DNA of 64,000 nt from Octopus vulgaris. Lineage: Eukaryota. Position numbers and translations under genes: made by a program. This document shows positions 52,168 through 64,000 of the stretch, in pieces. The number at the start of each line of letters is the position of its first letter. Positions within the stretch are counted from its first letter, which is position 1. The notes below the pieces were generated by a model. It was not told where the DNA came from, ran no database searches, and saw only the letters and a list, made by a program, of their open reading frames with translations. The stretch is from contig OX597836.1 in NCBI GenBank assembly GCA_951406725.2, positions 24,490,001 to 24,554,000 of the forward strand, in the 5' to 3' direction.

Positions 52168-52833
52168 ATATATAAATAATATATCTATGCATATATACAT
52201 ATGCACGGGTACAAACTTACACATATACGCATATACATGTGCATACCTTGGAGATAATGTCTAAATTCCAATGAAACAATTTTGTTTCACTAGGAACCGA
52301 CTCCTTCTTTATTGGTGATAAATTAGAAAAGTGAAACCAGGAAGCCCCCAGGTACAGCAGGCGCGGCTCTCGAGTGTGTGGACGGCAGGCTCCGCGGTTT
52401 CTGTTTGTCAACTTTTACTTACAAGACATTAATCATCCAATAAATCGAAGATTTTTTACTAAATTAAATAAATTTTGTTTTAAATAATTGAAAAAAAAAA
52501 ACACCCTCGTCTACCTCGATAAAAATAATATAAAAATTAACGAAATTATTCATAAACATCAAAACAAACAAAAAGCCGACATCAATAAATAAATGATTTA
52601 GTTGATATTTAATTATTTATGCATTACTTTAAAAAAAAATGATAATAATAATGATGATTACATTGATCTAATAACCATTAATATAATAACTATTAATATA
52701 CTAACTATTAAAGTTGCGTCACTCTTGTTTCAGCATTCAGGATTCCGAGTCTAATTTTAGATCGACCACTTAACTATCCTCGCCTCGCTTGTCTTCGTTG
52801 TTTTAGTTTGGAATCACTTCGCCCTCCTTCACC

Positions 52834-52884
52834 ATGGACGAAAATCTCTCCACTGTTCTTCATTCTAAGGGCGATCTGAGGATG
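52834..52884 (+). CDS. SORD: Sorbitol dehydrogenase coding exon 1
   Basis: Kozak-like accATGg. MDENLSTVLHSKGDLRM fits the SORD N-terminus (NLS.V.H..GDLR). Donor GTCTGT. Absent from the ORF track. Confidence 0.88.
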
Positions 52885-55800
52885 GTCTGTGCAATTTACA
52901 TTATCTATTTATTCATTTAGCCTTCCGTTTTATTTCTCTTTGCTCCCCATTTTGCATTTCTTTTCTTTGGCAACTTTTATATTTATAGATGCATGTATAT
53001 TATCTTTAAAACTTTTAAGTTTTTTCGTACAATGAAGGAAGTAGAGGGTCGTTGCTAAACGAAGAATTATCGGTTGCTTCTTACATTAATATCGTACCAA
53101 AAATATAAACAGATAAAATATTATGTATATATATTATATCTGCATGCATGTATGTCGTTTTAGAGTTGGGTCACCTGCTCGTGGGTAAATCTTTAAAAAT
53201 TTGGGTCTTGTTTTCGTAACCCTTCGGCCAAGTATTTAACCTTTATATGTTAAAGTTGGGCCAGATATTTATCGCCCCAGATGTTGTGACCATTTGTAGC
53301 GTATGAATTATGGAACTACGATTTCTCTCCAAGAATCCAAGTTCTACTGCATCTATGTATGTATGTATACATGTATGTATATTTCTTTACTGCGCACAAG
53401 GGCTAAACACAGAGGGGATAAACAAGGTATGCATGTATGTATGTGTGTGTGTGTAGGCATGCATGTAATGAATGCAATCTAAATGTATGCATGCATGTAT
53501 AGCTATGTATTTCTGTCTATGATGCATGTAAATATATGTATTTCTCAGGCTTGGGAACATGAGGTGCAGGGGGTGCGTTTGTACCCACAAAAATTTTTGG
53601 TGGGGTGCAATGAAAATGCTTTGAACATCCCGAGTTTAACCTCGGTTTGAACCCCCTAAGCCTGTTTCGTTCCAGCACTTTACATGTATATATATATATA
53701 TATATATTCGTGTGTGTGTGTGTACATAAATAACGCATGTTCATACAGATATGTATGCATACATACATATGCATGTGTATATAAACATATCTATATACAT
53801 ATGCATACATGCATGTATACTGTGTATATAACTGCGTATAACATGTATACATATTCATAAATATACTTTGATAATGTTCATAACAACTTTGGTTTTTGTT
53901 TACGAAACCTGAAAAAAGAAAATCGAACGCTCCAAGAGATGTTTCTATTCAGTGTGTTGGGGAACTGGAAAACCTGTCTTTACCTCTTTGTTTTGTTATT
54001 TGAACTTTGTTGTGTAATCTTAAAACTGTAGACACAGCATTTTATGTGTGTGTGTTTGAAATAAAACGATCACTTAAATTTTTGTTGTTTTTTTATTAAT
54101 ATGATGTTGATGTAATTTCGTCAGACCTATCCAATTAATGTTTTACAAAGTATTTCAACAATTATATTACTTATTTTTCTGTTTTGATATTTGATATTCA
54201 ATAAAAGAAAGAATGTCAGTCTCCATCCACAAAAATAAACTTTAAAACCAATTCCGTTTTACTGATTTAATTCCGGTTGGCATTTTATAAAAGATGTTTC
54301 GATACTACGATCTAGTCTTTAAAAGCTAGAAAGATCAGTCATGGTTCATTTGTTCCAACTTCTCAACATGGAAAAAGTTTTTAAGTTTATATCTCAACGA
54401 AAAGACCCATGTTCTAAATACGTGGTTAGCTCTTATAGATCTATATTTAAAAGTAGGTACTCATATAATAGAGATTTGGCTATTATTTCTGCATAAAACA
54501 ACGGTGAGGGTCAACGACTCGTTCATGTGATACTTTCGTTCGCATTCAGATGAGAAACCGCCCCCTTCGCAAAAGCATTTTAAAAAGTCGTTTTAAACCA
54601 CAAACCTGACCGAAACGAATTTGATTATAAGATGCACAGCAAGTTCTATGTGTTTCTAATTAAAGATTCACTTTTTTTTTTCTTTTCTCAACACAAATTC
54701 GTCCCACAGTTTCTTATATTACATTACACCCCGCCGCCCTAGTAATAACAAGATTCTCACCCCTGGTGTAGGGTGACTCTCCCGTTTGATAAGACCTGTT
54801 ATAACTGGATTGTTCTTGATATGGTTTACAGAGATAAGATTAAGTAAGTCGTTCGTATTCCCACGTTATTCGGGCGTCTTCTAGTGTTGAGAGGAAGGTC
54901 GATCTCGTTTCGACCCTCGCTTGTAGCCCCCATTTAATAAATTTTATAAACCCACTTCTTCTAAATTAAACTCCAGTTTTTCCTCTATAAAATCCATCAA
55001 ATCTTGATATTTACTATCTTCGTGTCGTTTTACGTCTCTATAATGCTCCGTGCCCATTTCTTCATCGTGGGATAAATGTACCCATGACGAAGTTTTCTAA
55101 TCACGGCTCGTACTCAAGCAAATATAGACTTTGTGGTTAGTTTCTGAATATCATTTATAGATTTATATCAAAGAGAGAAATCAGAAATGATTTCTTACAT
55201 GGTTTTTTTAAAAAAATTTTATTTTTATGGGTTGTAATGGGTCAGCCGATTATATCGTCCCAGTATTTCTGTTTCCTTAATAAATGATCGACCCCCAAAA
55301 GGATGAAAACCAAAGTCAGTGAATTCTTTCATTAGTATTACAACTCAACCAGAAAGATGTGGTGGAGTGATAAAGCTGTCGGCAAGATGCCTTTTGATAG
55401 TCAAGTTTTGAGTTCAAATCTTGTGGAGATCAAATTTACTTTTCATTAATTTATCATTAAAATAAATAAAAGGGTGTGTAAACTATTAGGGATCATATTA
55501 TCGACTATACCCTACACTCTTGCCCAAATTTAAGCCTTAGTACTCATGCAATAGACTATAGTCTGCCTCTGAAAGAATAAATTAGAAAAATAAATTGCAC
55601 AATTCAGTTGAATAAGTAGAAGAAACAGTTGATTATAGAAGATGATTTAGGGTGGATTCAATGCTGCTGGTGTTGTTAGATTTGCACCCCACCCTCCAAT
55701 ACTGCTGGCCTTGTGCCAATGTTCAAAACCATTATTACTTTCTAACTCTGGCGCAGAGTCAGACAATGATTAAGAGCATTTCTAGTTGTTAAATTGATCT

Positions 55801-57645
55801 GATTACACTTGACTGCTATTTAATGTCGTCAGCACAAAAGATAACAACCAAAGTTGAAATCATCATTGACAAAAGAAGCAACCATTAAGCTGTGTACTGT
55901 CATTATGTAACCCTAGGTCAGCAGCGGTCAGGCTGACCTTTATGCACAGACATTCCAGCTATGTCCATCATGTTTTTATTTATTCAGGCAATATCTCAAA
56001 CGGCTTTATTCAGTATATTCTACCATGTTTTTAAAGATAGTAGTGTAATTTTGAGGAAGATTTGGCTGCTATTACTGGAAGATTAACTGATTGCTCAGAG
56101 GCACTATTGACATGTGTTTCTGTGACCTAAGATGTAGGACATCCCTTCGGCTGGGCTGTGATTAAGAAATGATTTCTACCCTTTCCTCTTTGTTCACCAT
56201 TCACTACCCCCATCTCCATCTCTCACTTTCCCCACACACTCTTACTACCTATACCCACCCACTCAGTCTCTTCTCTTCACCTTTTTGTACCTTGAGGGCA
56301 CACTCTGACACCTTCTCACCACCATCTTTATCTGCTTTTCCAGGTCTACCCCAGTTACTCCCACCTTTTTGTAATGTGAGTAGCCTTGTAATTTCTCTAC
56401 TGCAAGAAACCTGTTCCTGTTCCTCCTTTCATACTTCAACTCTCTCAGCTCCTGGCATAAAGCCACCTCTCTCTCTCTACAGTACTCCTACTCAGTTTAA
56501 GGGTATCTTTAATCTTGTGAGTTACATGACAACCTCCTTAGTACTGGTGCCACACAAAAAGCAGCACCTGGTACACTCTAATAGGGTTGTTGTCAGGAAG
56601 GGCATCCGACTGTAGAGACCAAGCCAAGTCAGACATTGGAGTATGACTCTGTCCATTGGTTTATTGGATCCTGTTGAACCATCCAACCCATGCCAGCATG
56701 GGAAATGGATGTTAAATGATATAATGATATCAGAGTGGAAGAAAGTGCCAATGGCATGGATTTGTTTAAGGTGAACCTGAACTTGCCAGGAAGAGACCCA
56801 CACCCTTAGTTTCATGACCCTCCTCTGCAGCAAATATGAAATGACACATACAGGATCCAGTCATGAAACTGCAAGGGACTGTCATTGGTTCAGTTATAGT
56901 TTTGAGAGGTGCCATCTGTATCTTGTCCATCATGCGTCCCCTCTTCAGCTGCTGATCCAGGTATTGTGATCTTTACTAGTCATCATCTGCTTGTTCCACT
57001 GTTGGGGTCTTTGGGGGTTGGTTGTGCATAGTTTGGATCCTCATCCTATACCTTGCCACCAAGGGGCACCCTACTCAGAGTTTAGAACTCCTGACAGCAT
57101 CGCTCTCAGAATCAGTGGTCTAAAGAAACCCCTCCACCAGAACTAGGAGCGACATGTGTGTGTATGTATATGTGTGTATATATATATGTGTGTGTGTGTG
57201 TTGCTCAGTTTCTAAAGATACTTGAGACCATGGACACCCAACGTTCATTGTTAATTCCATACACAAACACAAGCCAAATAATCATGACAAGAGGGCTCTC
57301 ACTAAGACTTGCTTCTTCAAGATTTCCCACTTTAACAAGGGGACATCCTCTGCCATCTATTAGGTCATCTGCATGGAAGGCCTTGACATCCTACTGGGCC
57401 ATTTAGAACCACCCCTATGTAAACACCCATCAACAAGATGGTCACACACAGAACAACCCTGGACACTGCTAACTCAAACACTGAGCAAATAATGGAATCA
57501 TTGTAAATACACATTTCTTGGACTGCTTCCTACTGTGCCTGAAATATAATGTCTTTTTCTTTTTTTCTTATTTTGTAAAACTTTATGCATTGTTAGAAGC
57601 TTTCTTCATTTCCCTTTTCTTTTTCTACTTATATAAATATCTGTG

Positions 57646-57833
57646 CGGGTGGCATGTAAAAAGCACCCACTACACTCACGGAGTGGTTGGCGTTAGGAAG
57701 GGCATCCAGCCGTAGAAACTCTGCCAGATTTGACTGGGCCTGATGAAGCCTTCTGGCTTCACAGACCCCAGTAGAACCGTCCAACCCATGCTAGCATGGA
57801 AAACGGACGCTAAACGATGATGATGATGATGAT
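57646..57833 (+). mobile_element. SINE family D 3' part
   Basis: ggcgttaggaagggcatccagccgtagaaac...ggacgctaaac(gat)n. Related copies at 56545-56720 (+) and 63663-64000 (-). Confidence 0.8.
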
Positions 57834-58059
57834 GTTTGTATGTACGTATGCACATAACCAATGATGAAACAAACTGTTTTTGCCCTCTCTGTGAATGCTC
57901 TGACAATCTAAAGCCATACAGAATTGTCAACAATATTAAATGTCAAGGACCAGACATGTTAAGGTCTCTCAAATATGATGCATTGTGATATTTACATAAC
58001 AATTGTGATAGTTCTTTTCCTGGTATTCTCTTCAAATGCTTGTTGTTTTTCTTTTGCAG

Positions 58060-58093
58060 GAATGTCGGCCCATCCCAGAGCCAGGCATTGGAG
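58060..58093 (+). CDS. SORD: Sorbitol dehydrogenase exon 2 (34 nt)
   Basis: ttttcttttgcag | ECRPIPEPGIG(E) | GTAAC. Phases join exons 1 and 3. Confidence 0.9.
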
Positions 58094-58829
58094 GTAACTA
58101 GAAGTCTTTATATTCCTAAAGATGTCTCCTTGTCTTTTTCCTTGTTTTATAACCTTCACCAAGGACCTTCCCTTCTGTTTACATATTTCAACTACTTTGT
58201 CTGAGACAATAGCTGGAAGTATAGAAAGTTAATAGACAATAATAATAACAATGATTTATAGTGCAGTTTGACTTTAAACCTTTTTGTTAACATATTTCTT
58301 TTGAAATACAGTGCTTCTGTTTCAATTAATCTTGAAAATAATGAAGAATTTAATAAAATGACTCTGCCGTTATTAAACTGATACTTGGAATTTAAATTAA
58401 CATGAAATTTTGTCAAAAGATAGCATTTTAGAACAAGTTTGTATCATACAATCAAGGATAGCCTTAAGCATTTCAGTTTCTAAGGGATAAAAGAAGCTAA
58501 ACGAAGATATTATGATGTTTGTTTGTTATTAAGTTTAATGTTGTAAAGCCAAAATAGTCCCAGGGCCTTTGTTATTCATAATGTTTTCTAACATTGACAT
58601 AAGGGGACAAATTGATAGAGTCACTGGGAACAGGTAATCATTTATCTGACCCTACGTTTTGCTGCTACTTTTTTATATTAACTGTGGATAGGTGAAAGAA
58701 AAGTTGATTCCAGCATGATTTCTACTCAGATTCTTAGGAACTGTAGCTAAATTCTACAAGACAGGTGTTTTGTGTAGTACTCTACCAATTCTTACATCCA
58801 CCACTTTTGTAATAATAATGATGATAATG

Positions 58830-59278
58830 ATAGATAGAAAAATTGACTCCAATTGACCAGACATTGTGATCAAGGACTACACCAGAGGAACTTGTCTGTT
58901 AATAGATATGTCAGTCTCACAAGATCAAAATGTCTCAAGAAAAGAATACGAAAAGCTTTCTCACTATAAAGATCAGCAAATTGAAATCAGGAAAATGTGT
59001 GAGCTCAGTACTATAACAATGCCAGTAGTGATTGGTGCACTGGGAATGATAAAGAAGGGAGCTGAGAAGTATATTAAGCCACTCCCTGATAACTCCAATC
59101 TCGGTGAATTGCAAACGATAACCTTGATGGGTGCAGTCCATGTACTACGGAAAGCACTCACCATCTAAGATGGAATAAATGTGGTGGTAATTTTAGCATG
59201 CATAGTAAAACAAGAGTGTCCTTGCTACTCTTGGCCTCTATAATAAAAAGAAACTATAAATAATAATAATAATAATAA
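58830..59278 (+). mobile_element. R4/Dong-like LINE 3' end in a SORD intron
   Basis: PDIVIKD...CLLIDMSV...KEYEKLSHYKD...PVVIGALG...LMGAVHVLRKAL, then (AAT)n. Confidence 0.82.
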
Positions 59279-59279
59279 G

Positions 59280-59725
59280 CCATTCTACTATAGGGACATG
59301 GCCTGACATTTGGGTGAAGGGGATAGTTGATTACATTGACCCCTGTACCCTACTGGTACTTAATTTATCAACTCCGAAAGGATGAAAGGTAAAGTCGACC
59401 TGGGTGGAATTTGAACTCAGAACATAGTGGCAGACAGAATACTGCTAAGCATTTTGCCCAGCACGCTAATGATTCTGCCAGCTTGCTGCCTTCAATAATG
59501 ATAATAATAATCTTTTCTAGTATAGGCACAAGGCCTGAAATTTCATGGGAGGGGACTAGACAATTGCATTGACCCCAATGTTTCATTTGTACTTAATTTA
59601 TCAACCCCGGAAGGATGGAAGGCAAAGTCGACCTCAGCAGAATTTGAACTCGGAACATAACAATAGATGAAATACTGCTAAGCATTTCGCCTGGTGTGCT
59701 AACGATTCTGCCAGCTTGCCACCTT
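59280..59725 (-). mobile_element. Two tandem CpG-decayed SINE family C copies
   Basis: Family C structure with several CG->TG/CA changes. Confidence 0.82.
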
Positions 59726-60160
59726 CAACAACAACAACAATAATAATGATGATGATGGTTTAGGCACAAGGCCAACAAATTTTAATGGGAGGTTGTCAGT
59801 TGATGCCATTTACCCCAATGCTTTACTGTAACTTTATTTTGCCGACTCCCAAAAGCATCTAAAACAAAGTTGACCTTGGTGATATTTCAGTTCAGAATGT
59901 AAAGAACCAGAAGAGATTCTGAAAGGTAATAATCATTTCATTTATTTGCCATAAGGGCAACATATCAAGGGAACATTACATGGGCAAATTAAAAAACACG
60001 TTTAGGCCTGTTAGAGTAGTTCTTCTGCTTAGGAAAATGGCTTTGTCAAATAAATGTAATATATATTGTGTGTATGTATATGTGTATATGTGTGTGTATG
60101 TATATTCTGTTATCATTATTTGTACATTAAAATCTCTTTTTTTTTTAATTTTGTTTGCAG

Positions 60161-60325
60161 AAGTTCAATTATCAATGCAGGATGTAGGCATTTGCGGATC
60201 TGATGTCCATTACTGGACTCATGGTTGTATTGGCGACTTCATCCTCACTTCTCCAATGGTCTTAGGTCATGAAGCCAGTGGAGTGGTCACTAAACTGGGC
60301 GAGGGCGTAACTAATTTATCAGTTG
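60161..60325 (+). CDS. SORD: Sorbitol dehydrogenase exon 3
   Basis: [42 protein letters not shown] (catalytic Zn ligands Cys and GHE). AG/GTAAGT boundaries. Confidence 0.96.
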
Positions 60326-61445
60326 GTAAGTCATGTGGACAGTGAACAAATGGTGACATTTAGCTGTGGAATGTTATGAGGTGTGGTGATAGGAACCAGG
60401 GTCCCTCTGTTTCTCCCTATTTCCATATTCACGTGAAGGAGAGGAATTTTGGTTTTTAGTGCTTCTCATATTTTCTCCTGTTAAATGTCTCCATCCTCTT
60501 ATAAATCTCTCATCTGTAAAAGTCAGAGTAGAACCTCTGATTTTCAGTGATTATTGGTGTTGTTTAACCTCAGGGCATCACTCTTTAATCAAGAAAAGGA
60601 GTTCCAGTCATGATAATCTTGTCCTTTTTTTTTGTAGATATATCTAGGGTTGCATTATCCAATGTCTCTTTTTTAAAAAAATGACAGGCTGTGATTTGAG
60701 GGTGATTCAGCTACTATGTTTTTGACCATGATGCCATGGCATAAAGACTTTAAATGATTGAGCATGGTATTGATGACTAAGCACAGTTACCTTTCCATTA
60801 TTCAATCTGGTTACTACAACTCACTATTAAATGGAAACCAGTGCTCTAGGCTCTTCTCTGTGGTCTGTGCTGGTCAGTGGTCAAGTTCACTGGTGCTAAC
60901 AATGGTATTTGTTAATGCATCTTTCTGTTGCCAGTGGATAAGAACTCTGCTACTAAATGTGGAAGATGTTGAAAGGAATTTCAGGCCTGTCACATTCTTG
61001 TATAGCATAGGCAAAGCAATGAGAAGTCTTCTGGCCCTAGTAGAAGACTACAACAAACTTGTTTGACCAATTGGAGGATAGGTTATGGAAAGGTTGAGGA
61101 GGAAATATCTGTGGACAGTGTGGGGAAAGGTGGTGGGGAAAATGAAAATTATGATTGGATGGTGACAAAGCATTGATGCTAGGGAAAATAAAGACAAAGG
61201 TAACTGGTGATTGTGGCCAGTGTAAAAGCAATGACAAAAGGATGGTGATACTGTTGTATATAACTGGAATTACATTAGTGATGACTGTGGTGGGAAAAGG
61301 TCATCATGATGCATGGGAGGCAGTTGTTACAAGGGATCAACATTATTACAATAATGATTGAGATGTGATTGAGATTATGGTGATGATGATAATAACTAAT
61401 TAACATAATTCATGCTGATGATGATGGTTTTTGTGTTGGTGGTAG

Positions 61446-61605
61446 GTGACCGTGTAGCCGTAGAACCTGGTGTACCATGCCGATTATGCAACTACTGTAA
61501 AGAGGGGCATTACAACCTTTGTCGAAAGATGCGATTCTGTGCGACACCCCCTGTTCATGGTACCCTTGCCAGATTCTATTGTCATGCTGCAGATTTTTGT
61601 TACAA
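61446..61605 (+). CDS. SORD: Sorbitol dehydrogenase exon 4
   Basis: GDRVAVEPGVPCRLCNYCKEGHYNLC..MRFCATPPVHGTLARFYCHAADFCYK. Donor GTAAGT. Confidence 0.96.
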
Positions 61606-61914
61606 GTAAGTAAACACTTTCTTTTTCACAACTAATTTACATATATTTGCATAACAAGTTCAATTACACGTTTGGGAATTTGGTTGACTGCCTAGGATTT
61701 GCGTTTTCAATTTCCTCTACTTTGTATTATTTCACATTGGCTCTCTACGAGCACTCTGTAAATAGTCCATACTTTCTATAACATACTTAATATGATATAA
61801 CATTGAATAAAGCTTTCATTAACTTAATAAGTTGTGTTTCCTTTTAATTTGAAATTCATCACAAAGAACAATCGAAGCCAGTAAAACTTAATCCTTGTCT
61901 GTGATTTACTTTAG

Positions 61915-62033
61915 GCTACCTGACAATGTAAGTACCGAAGACGGAGCCCTACTGGAGCCACTTTCTGTTGGAGTCCATGCTTGTCGAAGGGCTGGAGTTG
62001 GCATCAATTCAACTGTTTTAATTTCTGGGGCAG
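61915..62033 (+). CDS. SORD: Sorbitol dehydrogenase exon 5
   Basis: [39 protein letters not shown](G). ttag / GTGTGT boundaries. Confidence 0.96.
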
Positions 62034-63131
62034 GTGTGTATATTATTTATGCGTGTATATGTACTAATATATTGCTTATGTGAGTATACTACTGACATGC
62101 ACCAGTATAGATTTGTTTCCACTTGAAATAAGACCAGTTTATACAGGGCTCATATTACAGCTGATTATCACCCCTAGTATATTACAGCTATTTTAACAGT
62201 CCTCGCAAAATGGAAGATAAAATTGATTCCAATGCTCTACTTTTCTGCTCAGCTTGCTGCTCCCCATTTTCTCCATACTAAAATTAATATTTACACCCCT
62301 AATAATACTTGTTAGGCCCTTTATTCTAGTAACTATTTAAAACTATTAACTTTTGTCTTTTGCTAAACTAACTTTCACCTCACATCATAGAGTGTAATCG
62401 ACTCTGTGTAGGGAAACATTCTTTCTAACAATACTTTATTGAGAGTATAATATAATTTCAGATATAAGCACAAGGCCTGGAATTTGTAAGAAGTGGATCA
62501 GTTGAGTACATTGACTTTAGTTCATGGCTGATACGTTATTTTATTGACCCTGGAGGGATGAAAGGTAGACTTCACCTCAGCAGGATTTGAACTCAGAAGA
62601 CATGCCACAAGGCATTTTGTCCAAAACTCTAACAATTCTGCCAATCCCCCACCACCTTTACTAAAAGGGCTTAATATTGAGGACTGACCATTGATCTTTT
62701 ATGTTTTTATTTGTTTAGAAGCAGTTTAAGAACAAATTGCTAAAAGACGAAAGTATGGGAGATAATTCCTGCATTCCCATCTTATGAGGAATCAGTAACA
62801 AGTTTTTATTATCACTGTTAATATTTTTTAATTGTGTATATAAATATACACAATTCTATGTTTGTTGGAGAGAGAGATAAGGGGGACTGTTTAAAAATTA
62901 AATCTCAGGTCTTATCTACATAATAACTGACAGTGAGCTGGTTTAAAGCATTTTGAATACTGAGAACATTTTAAACAGATTGTCTAACTGTATTGCCTTA
63001 TGGCCTGTTATGTCTGTTGTATTCCATGGGATCTGAGAGAATGTGATAATTGATGTGTGTTGAAAAGTGGGTGCATGAATACATTTTCATATTTATGTGA
63101 ACTGTGTAAAACTATACATTGATGTATAGCT

Positions 63132-63359
63132 TTAGCCCTTTAGTATTTAAACCGGCCATATCCCGCCAAAATAGCTAATCTGTTTTATGTTCAAACTGAC
63201 CAGATCCAGCCTCTCACACCTACCCTACAATGTTATTCTGCATTAAGTAATTACACCATCAACATCTTGAAGATATGAGATAATGCATGATTAATTCGAA
63301 TCAATGGGAATCAATAGGCATTATGTTTGATTGAATAATCTGAACACTAAAGGGTCAAA
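63132..63359. mobile_element. Possible piggyBac-type MITE
   Basis: ttag-ccctttagtatt ... aacactaaaggg-tcaa: CCC/GGG termini with degenerate TTAA sites. Confidence 0.5.
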
Positions 63360-63469
63360 CCAAACAAATTTAAATCTCCCCCATCCCACCACCATCAAAT
63401 GCCATCCTGTTTACATACATGGCTGTTTATCTCTGTAGTTTTTAACATAAACTTGTTGTCTATTTTCAG

Positions 63470-63535
63470 GTCCCATTGGACTTTGTTGTTTTCTCACAGC
63501 AAAAGCAATGGGAGCAGCTAAAGTGTGCATGACAG
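63470..63535 (+). CDS. SORD: Sorbitol dehydrogenase exon 6 (gene continues beyond the window)
   Basis: GPIGLCCFLTAKAMGAAKVCMT completes the GAGPIG Rossmann motif. ttttcag / GTAAGT boundaries. Confidence 0.94.
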
Positions 63536-63662
63536 GTAAGTTGCAAAGGAAATAATGCTCGACTCTCATTGTAAATATCAACCCAATTGAAATGCATTTC
63601 TGAAATAGTTCAAAGCTCAGCACCAAATTCTTCCTGGTTTTGTAATTCCTATTGACTATGCT

Positions 63663-64000
63663 CATCATCATCATCATCATCATCATCGTTTAGCGTCCGC
63701 TTTCCATGCTAGCACGGGTTGGACGGTTCAACTGGGGATCTGGGAAGCCAGAAGGCTGCACCAGGCCCAGTCTGATCTGGCAATGTTTCTACGGTTGGAT
63801 GCCCTTCCTAATGCCAACCACTCCGTGAGTGTAGTGGGTGCTTTTTACGTGCCACCGGCACAGGTGCCAGACGAGGCTGGTAAATGGCCACGATCGGATG
63901 GTGCTTTTTACGTGCCACCGGCACGGGGGCCAGGTGAGGTTGGCAACGGCCACAATCGGATGGTGCTTTTTACATGCCACCGGCACGAGGCCAGTCGGGG
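63663..64000 (-). mobile_element. SINE family D with internal ~62-bp tandem units, runs off the window end
   Basis: Reverse complement of 57646-57833, plus three repeats of ggtgctttttacrtgccaccggcac. Confidence 0.82.

Overview
Eukaryotic, AT-rich, repeat-dense window that looks like an Octopus (coleoid cephalopod) genome, judged from the tRNA-derived SINE families and microsatellite load. Host genes on the + strand are: the last three coding exons of Wnt10 (800-7240), an orphan Thr/Pro-rich type I membrane mucin-like exon (38836-40395) preceded by a ~60-unit 15-bp array reading (PK[H/D]L[E/Q])n, and the first six coding exons of sorbitol dehydrogenase (52834-63535, continuing past the window). 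The rest is mobile DNA: at least four SINE families; RTE, CR1, R4/Dong-like and Penelope-like retroelement fragments; a deleted mariner; hAT, mariner and Merlin-like MITEs; and five Helitron derivatives built from interchangeable 5' modules on one shared 3' hairpin. Most ORFs in the supplied track are microsatellite translations. I found no clear new biological system. The best leads are the PKHLE-array/mucin orphan locus, the modular Helitrons and several variant hammerhead-ribozyme motifs. All homology calls come from recalled family motifs, not database searches, and repeat boundaries without a stated target-site duplication (TSD) are approximate.
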